IMG/VR virus record: IMGVR_UViG_3300012200_000015 | Span: 1 to 26,413 of that record | Length of the DNA: 26,413 nucleotides | Reading direction: 5' to 3' (one strand) | From: a virus | Lineage: Duplodnaviria > Caudoviricetes | Shown: positions 25,072 through 26,413 of the stretch, in pieces | Numbering within the stretch: position 1 is the stretch's first letter | Layout of the letters: each line of letters opens with the position of its first letter | The notes under the pieces: model-generated | The model's database searches: none | What the model was told of the DNA's origin: nothing | The model's input: the letters and a program-made list of their open reading frames with translations, nothing else | Translations under genes and position numbers: made by a program

Positions 25072-25241
25072 TGCTCCCCCTGTTCGGTCTGCTCGGCCCA
25101 CGCCTCGGCCACATCACAAGCCGCCTGGCGGCGGCGAACCGCCTCGACGGTCTTCACGGCCAGGTCGTGTGACATTCCCATAAGGATCATCTCGAAATAG
25201 ATCCCCAGGTCATCCGGTGATGGAATCGGTTCAGGCTGCAT
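25050..25241 (-). CDS. Hypothetical protein
   Basis: Overlaps both neighbours in the operon. Confidence 0.6.
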   Translation of the reverse strand: MQPEPIPSPDDLGIYFEMILMGMSHDLAVKTVEAVRRRQAACDVAEAWAEQTEQGEQWPLRMP

Positions 25242-25431
25242 CGTCGCCCCCTGTGATAAGTGTTAGTCGAGGTGAGCGTGAGGGATGATTCCAGCCCCTA
25301 GCCCGTGCCCAATGCTCGGCCAGGAGGCGCACTCCGTCAAACCATTCGGTGGCCCATTCGCCCAGGAAATCCTCCGCGCCAAGCTCAAGGACGGCTCGCG
25401 CAAGCGTGTCGGCCTGTTGTTCTGGTGTCAC
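25231..25431 (-). CDS. Hypothetical protein
   Basis: Operon position; ends with GGDDAA, which contains the next RBS. Confidence 0.6.
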   Translation of the reverse strand: MTPEQQADTLARAVLELGAEDFLGEWATEWFDGVRLLAEHWARARGWNHPSRSPRLTLITGGDDAA

Positions 25432-25491
25432 CGTGAGACCGGGGCAATATTGGACATTTAGTCATCCTCTCGACCGCTTTCCGGCCGTTCG

Positions 25492-25521
25492 ATCATACCG
25501 CGAAACGGGGCCCAGGGTCAC
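25492..25521 (-). promoter_or_regulatory. Candidate promoter for the methylase-terminase-virion operon
   Basis: GTGACC-18 nt-TATGAT in the only gap in this region. Confidence 0.35.
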
Positions 25522-25746
25522 CTAGTCCGTGGATTTTTCCGATGCGGTTGCTACCCAATCCCGGACCGCCGCTGCCGCCTCGGCGAGTCCCGCCGCGAGC
25601 GCCGTGAGCGATTCGACCAATCCGGCCGCGATATGACACGTGAGGCAACCATCTGCAAGGTGTAAAAAACTAGGATGCTGACACGCCAGGCATTCCCTAG
25701 CCGATGGGCCAGGGAAATAACGCACCCGGCAAATCTTGACAGTCAC
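25522..25746 (-). CDS. Small zinc-finger protein
   Basis: GTGA overlap at 25746; CLACQH...H...CLTC. Confidence 0.6.
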   Translation of the reverse strand: MTVKICRVRYFPGPSARECLACQHPSFLHLADGCLTCHIAAGLVESLTALAAGLAEAAAAVRDWVATASEKSTD

Positions 25747-25982
25747 GGGCGCGCGGTGCGGATATGCGGGGTGCGGGGCAGGGAATGCCAGATGCGCTCC
25801 AGGGCGTCGCCCCATGCGAGTAGGCTATACGGGCCAATGAGTGAGATTACCTCACGCTCAAACCATGCGAACGCCTCGGCCTGTGAGTTAAAGATAGCCG
25901 CCTCGGGGAAGGGGGTCTCTAGCCCGGTCAGAATGCGGCCATGGATGAATCCATATCGGCCGCGCCAGCGGATCTCGTTCAC
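25743..25982 (-). CDS. Hypothetical protein
   Basis: GTGA overlaps at both ends. Confidence 0.55.
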   Translation of the reverse strand: MNEIRWRGRYGFIHGRILTGLETPFPEAAIFNSQAEAFAWFEREVISLIGPYSLLAWGDALERIWHSLPRTPHIRTARP

Positions 25983-26065
25983 TTCCGGCGCCGGTCCGGC
26001 GGGAATTCCGCGAAGGCTAGGCGCATGTTCAGCCAGAATCGTAGGCGTCCGAAAAGATCTCTCAT
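25979..26065 (-). CDS. 28-aa basic micropeptide (MRDLFGRLRFWLNMRLAFAEFPPDRRRK)
   Basis: Translated by hand; its stop overlaps the next GTG; no clear RBS. Confidence 0.4.
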   Translation of the reverse strand: MRDLFGRLRFWLNMRLAFAEFPPDRRRK

Positions 26066-26081
26066 GGATGAGACGCTAGCA

Positions 26082-26327
26082 CTAGTCGCAAGTTGGTGCT
26101 ACTGGAAACCTGGGCGACTTTTCCGGCACGGCGGGAGCCTGACGGCGGCGCAGGAGGTCCATCACCTGACGAAGCTGTTGAATGGATGCGGCCAGGTCGT
26201 ATCCCGGTGCCGTGGCTTGCGTGCGTAGGGCTAAACGCATCGCAATGGCACGATCGGTCACCTCTGCGGTATCGCGCGGCGCGGGCCAGCTATCCAATTC
26301 CCGGGTTATTGCCTCGATAACATCCAT
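26082..26327 (-). CDS. Helical protein resembling the putative small terminase (paralogue)
   Basis: GAGGAAAGGGA upstream; aligns by eye to 24123..24347. Confidence 0.65.
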   Translation of the reverse strand: MDVIEAITRELDSWPAPRDTAEVTDRAIAMRLALRTQATAPGYDLAASIQQLRQVMDLLRRRQAPAVPEKSPRFPVAPTCD

Positions 26328-26370
26328 TGTTTACGGTTTCCCTTTCCTCGTAAATCATTGCAATTGTATT

Positions 26371-26391
26371 TAGTTGACAGCTTGTCTACTA
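26371..26391. promoter_or_regulatory. Operator-like dyad TAGTTGACA-GCT-TGTCTACTA
   Basis: 9-bp arms with one mismatch in an AT-rich intergenic region next to a minus-strand TACAAT. Confidence 0.5.
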
Positions 26392-26413
26392 AGGGAGAGA
26401 GAATAGAATTCAG

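Noticed and set aside
1-26413. Stop-codon reassignment, suggested by frequent CTAG and TAG
   Set aside because: Core genes are intact and tightly overlapping under the standard code. A rough count of CTAG in the first 8 kb is near random expectation, not enriched.

Overview
This window is about 26 kb of a GC-rich, HK97-type siphovirus genome (phage or prophage). Gene families and style suggest an actinobacterial host, which is an inference. The minus strand carries, from right to left: small ORFs, a C5-cytosine methyltransferase, small and large terminase, portal, prohead protease, major capsid, an endolysin and holin placed inside the head module, head-tail genes, tail tube, a tail chaperone with a -1 frameshift, tape measure, two minor tail proteins, membrane proteins, an HTH-metallophosphoesterase and a MazG-like enzyme. 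A plus-strand island (3.6-5.85 kb) begins with two duplicated promoter-leader-ATG cassettes and contains SLOG and dATP/dGTP-diphosphohydrolase-like genes. A leftward operon (<3.4 kb) has a PD-(D/E)XK exonuclease, an SSB-like protein and several zinc-binding microproteins. The most notable unexplained signals are non-coding: the repeated gene-cassette unit, an anti-SD RNA switch upstream of the lysis genes, a switch-like leader at 3.4-3.55 kb and a miniature tRNA-like element. No integrase, stand-alone repressor, CRISPR array or rRNA is visible. All family assignments come from motif recognition by eye, not from database searches.
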